Assembly (NCBI GenBank): GCA_002189035.1
Contig: NEEC01000002.1
Span: 4,216,001-4,280,000 of the forward strand
DNA: 64,000 nucleotides
Direction: 5' to 3'
From: Utricularia gibba
Lineage: Eukaryota; Plantae; Magnoliophyta
Below are positions 40,664 through 52,499 of the stretch, piece by piece. Both the position numbers and the translations under genes were made by a program. How positions within the stretch are numbered: position 1 is the first letter of the stretch; every line of letters starts with the position of its first letter. The notes beneath the pieces are model-generated. The model was not told the DNA's origin. It was given only the letters and a program-made list of their open reading frames with translations, and made no database searches.

Positions 40664-43600
40664 AGGAAAAATCGTTTTTTAAGTCACAATTTTTTACATA
40701 TTTTCATTTTACAGTCAAACACTTTAATTTAGGGCTACGTTTTGTTTCAATACAAACGTTTGAAAAAAAACATACAATTCTATACTAACGTTTGTATAAT
40801 GTGATTTTTGGTACATACGTTGTCTAATTTTATAGATTTTACATACAAACGTTTTCAAAATTTTTATTTTGAAACTAATGTTTTGAAAAATAATATATCT
40901 TCAATACCAACGTTTTTTTGAAATTTTTTTTGATACATATGTTTGTAATTTATCTTTTAAATAAAAACACACATTTTAACACCTATATTATGAGAACAAA
41001 CGTTTACTAATGGGCTTTTATTTCAGTACATATATTTAGTTGGCCCATTCTCAAATTGAGAAATGTAATATAATTAGGGTTCAGTTATTCCTAGCCACCA
41101 TGATGAAATCCTCTGATTTTTGTTAGCCATCACGATCCATCACAAACCACCCTGATTGTTGACCCGTCGTCTTCTTGACCCATCACGATCGTCCTTATTT
41201 AGTAGCCCATCACTCTCTTGACTCTGAGTCGGTGTTCTCAGATTCTGGGACTAAAGCCTGCTATGCATATTGTACTACCTTCAATACATGCAATACTTTA
41301 TTTTCTATGTATGGTTAATTAATCATATGTGATATTTAACTGATTTAAAGTGTATGGTGATTTATGTAGTTGCGGCATTGTGTTAGACATCTACAAGAGA
41401 ATGTAGGTGCACATTCAGATGCTGTCAAGACTCAAGTTTGGAAGTGTGCAACATCATCCACGCCAGCTACTTGGAGAATGGAAATGGATGCCCTTGGTCG
41501 GTTGAACAGCAATGCATACAATAGGATGAGTAAAATAAACTCAGCTAGGTGGACGCATGCATACTTCACTGAGGATGCCAAATGTGGAGCTTTAATAAAT
41601 AATATTTCGGAGTCTAGGAATGCCTCCTTACTTGATGCACGGCGATTACCGATACTACGAATGCTAGAAGAGATCAGATGGACCATTGCCAACCGATTTA
41701 ACAAACGACGTGCAGAAGCATCCAAATGGAAATATAGGTACTCCCCATCATCCATGCAAACTATAGAGAACAAGACAATTACAATTTTGTCGTGCATGTG
41801 GATACACAGGGCACAATGCACGGACATGTGAGCTGAACTCCAAAAAAAAAAAGGTAGTCTGCTATATTGGATCATAGGTTTGTTCCATATGGTGTGATAT
41901 TATTTGTTATCAAGATCTATTGTTTCCTTATTATAGGAAAAGGAAGATTGTGGAAAAAATGAAGAAAATGAACAAGGAACACAAGAACCATCCATAGGAA
42001 TAGAGCCAAAGGTCACCTCTGATCAACCCCAAAATTCAGCTACTTCCAAGGGAAACATAGACATGCCAAAAAAAGACGAAAAGGTATGATTTTTTAATCT
42101 TTGTTTCATTCTTGAGTTCATGTGTTTAGTTTGTTGAAATCAGAGTCCACAAGTGAAACAAGAGAAGACTTTGAGTAGGGAGAGTTCTCACCCCCCTATA
42201 ATGGTAGGACAGTGGTTTGTCAATGTCCAAAATGTCATTCTTTCGTCTGACAATTCCACTATTGTGAACGATGGTGTATCGAAACAAAAGACGAAGGATT
42301 GCAAGAACAAGAAGCGTCTTCCTAGCTTTCGTAAATATGGAATTCTTAGTGATTATGATTTTACAGAAGTGTTACGTCATATTAGAGGTGAGATTCCAGA
42401 AGAGTGACTGGACATTTTTTATTTCATTGACCCTCTATATTTCAATGAGTGGATTGGTAATGAGGAGAGAGTTCGTAGAATATTTCCCCATCGACCAGCC
42501 TTCCTTACTTGCCCATACGTGGTGTGGCCTATTGTTTATTGGTAAGCTACACTTTGCTTTATATTTGAATATTATATACAATGTGTTTAACTTGTTATGT
42601 TCTACAACTAGAGGTCATTGGGTGGTGATAGTATGCTGTAACTTTGGAGATGCTCGCAATAGAATGATCTTTGTCTTAGATTCTTTGGGTGCAGGAGATG
42701 CATTATGTCCAGCGGAAGAAGATTTGTAAAGGTACTAGAAATTATTATGCTACATTAATCAATAAATTAGCTATGACTAAATCACTACTTTACTTGTGTA
42801 GGTGTCTGAAATACATGCTAGGGTATGCGGCACCTTCTTTCGATGTTAATGAGCTGGATTCTGTGCCTATTCGCTTTTCTGAAGTACACACAATGCAACC
42901 TCAATAAATAGCATAGTACAAACACTTATAGCAAATTGATTTTTAAAGTTATTCTTTTTATAGGTTACACTACAAACTAGACTAACTGAATGTGGGTTAT
43001 ATGCTTTATATTCGGTGAGGCTCCTCATGCAGAATGCACCACCAGTTTTCTTTCCTTCTGAGTATTCATTATTTGTAAGCCTCTAACCATTCAAAATTGT
43101 TAAATACAATAAGTGGAATACTACTAACTTTGGTCATTTTTTAGCTTACAAGAAGTTGGTATACAAGTTATGATGTATTACAATTCGCTCCAACATGTGG
43201 ATTGCCAAATGTGATGATGGGTGGACGTCGACGATTCCCCTGAAATCAAATACGTATAGCATGTTGAGATGAACTGGTTAGTTTGATATAGTTGATTTCC
43301 AAACTTCAATAGCTATATCGTTGTTTCTTTTGATTGGCATGCTTATCGTTTAGTTTACTCTGATGGATAACATGATATTTAAACATTTCGATAATTCCAA
43401 AAAATGTTTAATTATCTAATATTTAGTTTTCATTCTATTCATATCAATAGGAATATTTAATTAATGTCATGTATCATTTTATAAAAAAGTGTTTAATCAA
43501 CTTAAAATGCACTAAGTTTATTATGATGGATTCAAATTATTAAATGTTGGAATAGATATTTACAATTATATTACTTATAATATTAATATATTATTTAGAT

Positions 43601-44839
43601 ATTTTTTAATTATTAGAAAAAGTTTTCGGATATTGTTGTAAATTTTGAAAAACTTATAAATATGAATATAATATAATAATCAAATTCACATAATAAAGTA
43701 AATTAAATTAATGAGTTTGAAAACATGAAAATTTGAAATACACATAAATTATATTTTTTTATTAATTTTTAATATATATTATAATATATTAATTATTTTT
43801 AATATATTTTGTTCAAAATCATAATTTACAATAAACGCATGTATAAAAAAGTATGTGTAAAAAAAACATTTGTATTGTTTTTTTAACTTTTTTAAACAAC
43901 GTATGTATTTAAACAATGTTTTAAAAAACGTTGATATTTAAAAAATAATATAATATTTAACGTTTGTACCAAAATGATATATTTTGAAACGTTTGTATTG
44001 AATTTGAATAAAAACTGAAACATTTGTACCACAAAACTATTTCAAAAACGTGTGCATCTAATTATAAGTAATCTTTGAAACGTTAGCATCAAAACATATT
44101 TTTCCTCCTTTAATTTATACAAAATATAGTCAATAAGTTTATTAATAAATTCAATTTATGGCATTTTAGTTAAAAACTATTTTAAAAATTTTTAAAATTT
44201 GAGATAAATATTTTTCAAGAGAACTAAAATTTAATATACATTTTTAAAAAATATTGTAAATTTTAAAAAAATTGTTCAAAAATATTAAAAAATTATGGAA
44301 AATTATTACAATTGTTTCTAATTTCATTTCTTATAATTTCCTACAAAATGATATCATAGAAATAATAATTCTATACACAAAACTTCCTTTATCTCTTCGT
44401 ATTTCTATTTTAATCTAAAACATTTATGCAAATTCAAGTATCAAAATGAATTATTTGTTAGTATGTATGATACAGTTGGTATAATCGAAGATGAAACTTA
44501 CGAGGAAGACGTAGTATTTTAGAGGAAAGATTAGAATGCATTATTTATGTTCATCTATTACTATTAAGATTTCTCAATTTCAAAAAAATTGAATAATGGA
44601 AGTATAATAGAAGAAATATTAAAAATTGAGAAAAATAATTTTAAAATATTTAAAATATTTTTAAAAATATATATTGAATTTTAGTTCTATTTAAAAATAT
44701 ATATATCTCAAATTTTTAAAATTTTTGGCTGAAATGCCATAAATTGAGTTTATTGGTAAACTTGTTGACTGAATTTTAAAGTATTTGATTGTAAAATGAA
44801 AATAACTGAAACATTATAATTTAAAAAATGATTTTTCCC
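40664..44839. mobile_element. Non-autonomous Mutator-type MITE (about 790 bp once the nested element is removed), interrupted in its left TIR
   Basis: 9-bp TSD TTAAAAGAT at 40655..40663 and 44840..44848. The left TIR (40664..40731 joined to 44118..about 44260) matches the reverse complement of about 44640..44839. Confidence 0.88.
40732..44108 (+). mobile_element. Mutator-like element (MULE) carrying a transposase C-terminal fragment and a decayed Ulp1/C48 protease-like gene
   Basis: 9-bp TSD TTTAATTTA at 40723..40731 and 44109..44117, G..C termini and inverted modular TACAAACGTTT subrepeats at both ends. ORF 41370..41831 has CVRHL and NNISESRNASLLDARRLPILRMLEEIR (MULE transposase). Downstream are FIDPLYF, GHWVVIV..FVLDSLG and QTN*TECGLY, with His, Asp, Gln and Cys in Ulp1 order. 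Confidence 0.85.
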
Positions 44840-44894
44840 TTAAAAGATTTTAATAATTGAGTTTTTTTTGTTTTCTATTATAAAATGATGAATT

Positions 44895-45185
44895 ACACCA
44901 CACTTATTCAGTTGTAGTGTTTGTGACTTAATTCATAAGGTTGCTACAGTTTGTTACCCACGAGCACCACACTCGCTCAATTACAATGCCTGCAGCTTAA
45001 TTTACAGGTTGATGTAGTATGGTATTTACGAGTATTGCAATTGTGGTAATTGCGGCTTAATTTATAAGATTACTATGCTATGCTGTCTGCAAGCACCACA
45101 CTCACTCAGTTGGGTGATTACGACTTAATTTATATGGTGGTTATTGTATGGTATCTACATGCACTGCACTTGATCAATTGTGATG
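44895..45185. repeat. Degenerate minisatellite, about 4 copies, 60-70 bp period
   Basis: CTTAATT recurs at about 44927, 44996, 45056 and 45124. CACCACACT recurs at 44896, 44965 and 45094. Confidence 0.55.
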
Positions 45186-45757
45186 GGTTTTCCAAAATAC
45201 AAAATACCAAGTTTACAAACTTATCAACACCTACTTACATACGTGAACTAAAAGAGCCCTTTGTAACCTTTATTTGCCTCTGGATTAAGATTTGGTTATT
45301 TCATGTTGATATGTGTACAATTTTTTTCCCCAATAATCACCCAGGCCATGTTGTAATAATTGGCCAGACATCTTTTTTTTTTTTTTTTTCTCATGAAGGG
45401 AATTGCTTGCTAGGGTGAAATAGTAGTCACGTATTGAAATTAGCCATACACATAACTGGATGATAAGCTACACTCCCACGTACTTTTTGGATCCCTTGGG
45501 ACCAAATTCTTTCTGGTTTCTTGCAACCACAAATTGGGCAACTTGAAGGATGGAGAACTTTATGCTTCCACGTGTCATTACCTTGAAGCAGAAAGATATA
45601 TTCCGCCTATTGTGTGGTTGATTTTTAAATTCCGCTAAGGATAATGTGAAGGAATATACGTAGAAAGCGGATTGGAATCCCAGCCTTCTAAAAGCGGCCC
45701 TGGCGATGGCCGCGGCCCGCGCCCGCTATAAATCAACTTTCCATGGTTGTTGGAAAC

Positions 45758-46567
45758 ATGGCATGAGGAGGTGGAATAGATCCCTTGGCATCGTGGGAGA
45801 CGTGGTCAACCCCTTCACGGAGTCCACCACACTCTGAGTGGCCTACGGTGGTAGGCACGTCACCAATGGCTGCGACCTCCGCCCCTCCGCCGTGGCCACT
45901 GCCCCCAGTGTTGAGATCGGAGGAGACGACTTTCGGATTTTTTACACTTTGGTAGTATATCATCTATTTCCCAAGTACCCATTGTCGCAAGTGCATGTCT
46001 GAATCCTTGGAAGAAGTAATAACTAGATCAAGATTTGCGACAGATCATGGTGGATCCGGATGCTCCAAGCCCTTGCAACCCACACTTCAAGGAGTATTTG
46101 CACTGGTACTTAGCAAATACTCCTCCTATTCTCGAACAAAATAAATAAATAAAAAGAGCATCAGTCTCCACTGGACTGACCTGGGCAATTTATTTATTTT
46201 ATTTGTCGTTCAAACCCTAGGATGGTGACCGACATCCCGGGAAGCACAGGGGCCATGTTCGGTGAGAGATAGCTGCTTTATTAGAATGTTTTGGAATTAT
46301 TTTTTCGTATGAGAAGATGATATGGGATGAAGGTACTGAATTGGTGCGGTACGAGTCCCCCGGCCGACCCAGGGCATACACCGCATGGTCTTCATGATCT
46401 TCCAACAGCTGGGACGGGGAACGGTCTACCCACCGGAGTGGCGGCATAACTTCAACACCCGTCACTTTGCGGAGCTCTACAACCTCGGGTCACCGGCAGC
46501 GGTGGTCTACTTTAACTGTCAGAGGGAGGCCGGCACTGGTGGCCGGAAAGTGAGGAATGGGCAATGA
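45758..46567 (+). pseudogene. FT: FT-like PEBP pseudogene with canonical 4-exon structure (45758..45951, 46044..46105, 46221..46261, 46333..46567)
   Basis: 62-bp and 41-bp internal exons typical of PEBP genes. Motifs [14 protein letters not shown] (FT-type Tyr), VTDIPG, NFNTR, LYNLG and YFNCQRE. Lesions: TGA at codon 3 (45764..45766), TGA at 45835..45837, about a 10-nt deletion in DPLVVGR and a -1 in a C run at 46357..46361. TATAAAT at 45727..45733. Confidence 0.9.
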
Positions 46568-48250
46568 AGCACATCTCTTTTATCGGCACCGGCGGCATCA
46601 TATTGCCACGGTCGGTCTGGTCTTGTGTTGCGTGCGTATCTTGGAAAATCTACACGCTGCAATCTCTATCTTTCTACCTCGTAGTGACCCTTGATGGCAA
46701 CTAATGACCCAATCTTCTCTTAATAAAGAACATAAGAATCCCAATCCATGTATAGGTCAATTTGAAACATGGCTATCTCTCTCCTCAAAAATTTGAGAGA
46801 TGTTCAATGTTCATCTTCAAAAAATCATTTGCAAAATGACCATCTTCAATATACCCATTTAAAAGAAATGAATTATTCATTTTTTTAAATCAACATTTTC
46901 AAAATTAATTATAATTTCATTATTTTTTGTGTTTAACATCAAAATATTATTTTAAATATTATAAGATATCTAATTTACATTGTTGAATTTTCTTATGTGT
47001 TACAATCATAAAAGTTGAATTTGCAATCTTTCGATTAATCACATAATCGAAAGAATAATATAACAATTATGTAATTAAATGATTTATATTATACATTGAT
47101 CTAAATTCTAGTAATTATGCGATTTAAGTTTTTCAAATATTATTAATTTGTATTTGGAATCATGCATACAAAAGCGTTTTCAAAAGAATATTTATCTTCA
47201 TGCTTATATTAAAACTGCATCACTCTTATAGATTGAGAATTATTCAGAAGAGTATACATGGACATCGCTTGATGCTCATAAGGAGCATCTAGAGAGGTTT
47301 GGGTGCCAATTAATCATAATAAACAGCATTTAGAAGAGTTCTGGACGTTGATTAATGATATTAAACAGCCCTAGAAGGATTTTGGATGGCGTTTAATGAT
47401 AGTAAACAACACCCACAAAGGTTTTGGATTAGTGATTATTAGTAGTGTCCAGCCGTTTAGTGATTATTAGTAGTGTCCAGACTTATTTGAACGTCATTTA
47501 GAAATAATAAACGATATTTAGCAACTTGTAACCATTATATAATGATAATGTGAAGCAGTCAATCTAGTTTCTTATTAATTTTTTAAATAAACGATAAACT
47601 AAAATGTTTTTTAGATCTATATTGGATAATGGAGAAAAAGCGGATTGTTTCTAAAATCTCATTAAACGAGGTACAGTAATATAACGATTTCCAAATAGAA
47701 CTATTTCAAATTAAAGTCCATAGAAGTTGTGCAATAAGGTTAATTCTTAGTGTTTATACATATACATATGTAAATTTTAGCAAGATGAAACCTAGATACA
47801 AATTCATTTTTTTATATTGATTTTATACCAAGCTTTTGTTTTATTGTTTTATCTTTTTTGAATCATTTTAAGAAATTCAATTAATCAATTCCCTAGAAAG
47901 ATGATTTTATTTATTAATTCAATGATTTCTGTAAATTTATCAATATATCATCAATACTTATAAAGTTGATTTGCATTATATATTTTTTATTTTATATCAA
48001 TTTAAAATATGATGTGATATTAATATTACAATCGAACAAAATCAAATACAATTCAACATTGATCTTGGTTGTATTACTTTATTATATTAATCGAATACGG
48101 ATTTTGTTTGTATTCAAACAAAAATACTGATTTTATTATATTAATCGAATACTTCAAACAACAATAAATGATTTTAATCAAATTCAAAACAGAAACATAT
48201 ATAAATATATTTATATGAATATATAACAGACTAATAAATAGAAAAATCTG

Positions 48251-48274
48251 ATATATATATATATATATATATAT
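48251..48274. repeat. (AT)12 microsatellite
   Basis: Read directly from the sequence. Confidence 0.9.
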
Positions 48275-49500
48275 AGATAGATATATTGTGTAATTCATTA
48301 GTAGATAAATGTATTATGTAGTAAACTTTATTATCAATAATTGGTGAGAGTGTACAATTTACTCAAATTAGATAATCTGAATATATGCAATACATATTCG
48401 AATAAATTAATCAAATAGATCTATGCAAGAATTGAATTATAAAGTGACAGATTATTTTCTATATACTAATTAATAACAAATTGGATTCTCACATTTTATG
48501 TAATAGCATAGTGAAAATCGAATTACACTCATGAGTGCATTGCACTCATGGGTAGAATCTATGGATTTTTCATTTGGGATGAACATCAATTTCTTATTAA
48601 TTAGCATATAGAGATTAATCTCCCATATTGTAATTTGATTCTCGAAATTTATATAAAATGTGACAGTTTAAATTATGCAAGTAAAGTTTTTACAATTCTA
48701 GGTCCACTGTACTTTACAAATAATATCCGATTGAAGCTTTCTCTTTAGGTACTTCAGTCGAATCTACGATTCTCTCGCATTTCCTTAGGGTTCTGTGATA
48801 TATATAGCACATTGATAAAGCAACGATTATGAAAAATAGAATCAAACTTCATCTTAAATATCGAAAAATGTGGTAATAAAGTTACACATGCAGTAGTTGC
48901 ACAAGAAAAATTAATTTTTAGCCGTAAGCACCTACACATGCACTCTAACATATGAAAATTGATGAAAAATGAAAGAAAAACATAACCCATAAATCCTGAA
49001 CTTGATTCTAGACTTCTAAACTGATGCGAAAAATGAAAAATATGAGATTTTGACACATATTGGTACTATGACCCTTATATAGGTGTAGAGATTTATTAGG
49101 CTTTCTTAAATTTTATCAAATTTTCTATCTGAATATTTTAAAATAAGATGAAAATCTTTTAAAATAGGATTCAAATTTATATAAAAGATATATAATTTAT
49201 TTAAAAAAATAAAGAAAGTCAAATAAAATAGATATGAAAACATAAATATAAGTGAAATAATTATACTAAGATTATTTACATATCCTTGGTATTAGAATAA
49301 GGGTTTTTTAGTATTTTCAATCTCACTATAAATGATTTTATAATTTTTATAAATTTAAACATATAAAATATTACTTTGTATTGATAATCAAGTGAAAAAA
49401 ATTCATATAATAAAGTGAATTTGTGATTAACTTTTAATTATTTATATGAATGCAAACATAAATACTTATGTTTGTTTGATATGATAAATAATTTTGTGTC

Positions 49501-50693
49501 TGATAACACCGTTTTTATGGTATTTTTTTTATATGTTTTTAAGTGTGTTTTGTAGGGTTAAATGTTGTTTAGGGTGCTAAAATGTCTTCTTTGCGTATTT
49601 GGATTGTTAAAATAGGCACAATTGGCAATAATTGAGCCGAAAACTCTAATATTTCGTCTAGTCTGTGATTTAAGTCTTATCAGGGTGAGAGCTAATACTG
49701 TAGCAGCGTACTTTCTGCGTTGACAAGTCTGAAGGGACAGAAAAGCTATGCAAATGCCACTTTCCGCCGAAAGTATCCGTCCTTCTTAAGAGATAAGATA
49801 TGAGCAGAGATCTCTCTTCTAGAAGCCTGACAAAAAGACCAAGGTGCCCTTACTTTTGAGCACCAAAAGGGAAAAAGGATGGGAGAGAGAAAGGAGAGTA
49901 CACTGTGCACGCATAGTGCACAAATAGCGAACAGGAGCGAGCGGGAGCGAGGAGAACTTCATTTTCTCCGACGAACGTCTCCGGCGACCTCCAGATCTAC
50001 GTGTTTACACCGTCTTTCCGCCCAGAAACTTGATTTCCAGCAGATCTACGATCGAGAGCAACCGCTAGACACTTCATTTTCTATTTTCTGCACTTCTATT
50101 TCGTTAACAACTAGCTACTGTTTCCTTCAACGTTTACATGTTTTCTCTTATGTTCTTGCACCTTGTCGTGAACGACAAATCCTCTGTAGACTTTATTTCT
50201 GCGTTTAATCATGTTTCTTGACGAAGCCTTTCATGTTTGACTTTAAGTTTAACGCGCTTTTACTGTTCCTGCGAACCATGCTCTGTTTCTGCAAACTATT
50301 ACTCTATTTTTAAGCGTTCCAAGCTGGGTTTCAGCCTAAGGGCTCTCTTGAGTGACACAAGAGCATGTAAAACCCAACCAAATTACTTTTATTTTATTTT
50401 TCTGCATCTTCACGTTAATTTCAGTCCCTTTTTACCCCTACAACTCGTTTATTTCAATCATTGTTATTTTAGATCTTACCCGTGTTAGAACTAAACCCCA
50501 GAAAACCCCCTATTTATAGTAAATGTGTTAAACTTCATGAAATTACAACAATTCCCTGTGAATTCGACCCTTGCTTGCCACACTACATTAATTCCCGTGA
50601 TTTTTGTAGTAGAATAGCTAGGTTTATAAATTTCTTTTGATGTGTTGAATGTGCTAGATCGCGACATTTAGCAACTCATTCCAACGTTCATCA
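49501..50693 (+). mobile_element. Solo LTR, 1193 bp, with perfect TSD
   Basis: TGAT..ATCA termini. GTGTC duplicated at 49496..49500 and 50694..50698. Contains an LTR-type AATTCCCTGTGAATTCGACCCT motif. Confidence 0.9.
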
Positions 50694-52499
50694 GTGTCAC
50701 TTTTTTTTTGTTCTTTTTAAAACTCTCTTAGGTCGATTTCATATGAATTTCATTCAACTCTCTCTGTGTTTTTAAATGAGCTTTATATTTTTCATATCGT
50801 TTTGATCTTTTTCGAAGGAAAGTTTGTTTTGTAATTTTTCAGGATGATTTTGACCTGAGATTCGAGCTGTTTATATGGACAAAGATTTAGTTTATTCGGA
50901 TAAAAACCTGGTCAAAGATTTTCGGATAAGATAAGATTCACATTTTATCTTGGGAGATTTGAATCTTATACTAGAAGATTCAGATAGAATATTTGATACG
51001 AGCCCACCAAGGAAACTCAGCAAATCTCCATCATTATATAAAGTCCAAGGATTGAGATCGGAGTTAGAGAGAGTTAGTTTTAGGAGTCTAGATTCGAGTA
51101 CTGCACTGTTGGATTGATTTCATATTATTTTTCATCAATTTTTGTGTTCGAGTCAAGCATGCACATATGAGTGCTTGCAGCTAATGATATGTGGTGAAGT
51201 TTTATGCATGTGACTTATTATGTTCTTTTACATTTAATTTGAGTTTTGATTTTGTTTTTCGCAACTTTTTCTTTATCAACATGCTTTTTAGTACCATATA
51301 ATTTAAAGGAGTGTGGGAGAATTTGAGGTTGACCTCAAGCACCTAAGGAGAAAGAGTCAATCAGATATTGTTGGTAAGACAAATTATGTCTAATATGTCT
51401 ATGAGGTGTGAGGTGCAAGAGTAAGATTTGGGTATGAGGAAACATGAGTTATCATAGAAAGTGAAATAACTTTAATGACGTGGTTGATTTTATAATCTCA
51501 CTAAATGAGGAATGATGTTATAATGGTTAACGAGTAGTATTATTTTAGAATAACACTACTAGAGCTTGTGCAAACATGTTAGTTCTCAAAGTTTAAGATG
51601 CAAATAAGAGCGAGTTTAGAGCAATGTAAATCCTAAATCTGAAACCATTTTTTATATATTTTTTAAAACTAACCTTTTGTTTTGTTTTCGATTGTTTTTA
51701 GTTATTGTTTTTTTAAAAAATTCCAATAACAATTCTTTATAGATGCAATATTATTTTATTAATTTGATAATTTATGTACATTTGCAGAATTACTATCATA
51801 TTCAATATAGCAACTCCACATGAAATACTATATTTAGTCATTGTATTTGCATGTTATTTTGAATTGATTAGTATAAATTAATTTTCTCAAATTGATTAGT
51901 AATTCAAGAAAACGTAACATTTTAATACTAATTAAAAAGTATAATTTGTGATTAAAACTACAATATTAAAAGTTGTTCATTGTTATACCTTTTACCTCTA
52001 TAAATTCATTGCATTTTCACTAACAATATTATGGTTGAACAATAGAATTGCTTCATCCTTTGTTTCATTTCCCATCACTATCCTTTTTGTATTACTTCCT
52101 ATCCAATCGCAACAACTATCTAGCTAAGGGGTCGTTTGATAGCAAGATATTAGTATATACGAGAATATAAGTTTTAGTATATAAGTGATATACATATAAC
52201 TAGGCCCCCTTTCCATTTGCATATGCCATCCATATGTTCAAAAAATAAGTATGTCATTGATATAGCCATATCAGGTTGGCATATGTATACTAATCAATCA
52301 AACAACGGTATATATATAACCATTCGTCTCAATGCTACGAATTGTCTCCTCTGGCAAGAACAAGTCCTTGCAACACTTGTTTAGAGCCAAAATCTTGTCG
52401 TCCAGGTTACCTGAATGCCACCCCCTCCACTAAAAGATTTGGATAGACTCAAATACTTTTGTAATAATTAGATATTTAGAAAGGTTAAGACAAGAATTT

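Noticed and set aside
47300-48160. Small duplications (24 bp at 47429 and 47457; about 21 bp near 48078 and 48132), superficially CRISPR-like
   Set aside because: Eukaryotic context, only two copies each, no unique spacers and no cas genes. Ordinary slippage duplications.
48530-48550. 10-bp-arm palindrome CATGAGTGCA-T-TGCACTCATG
   Set aside because: Short, isolated and without supporting context. Too small for a miRNA precursor.
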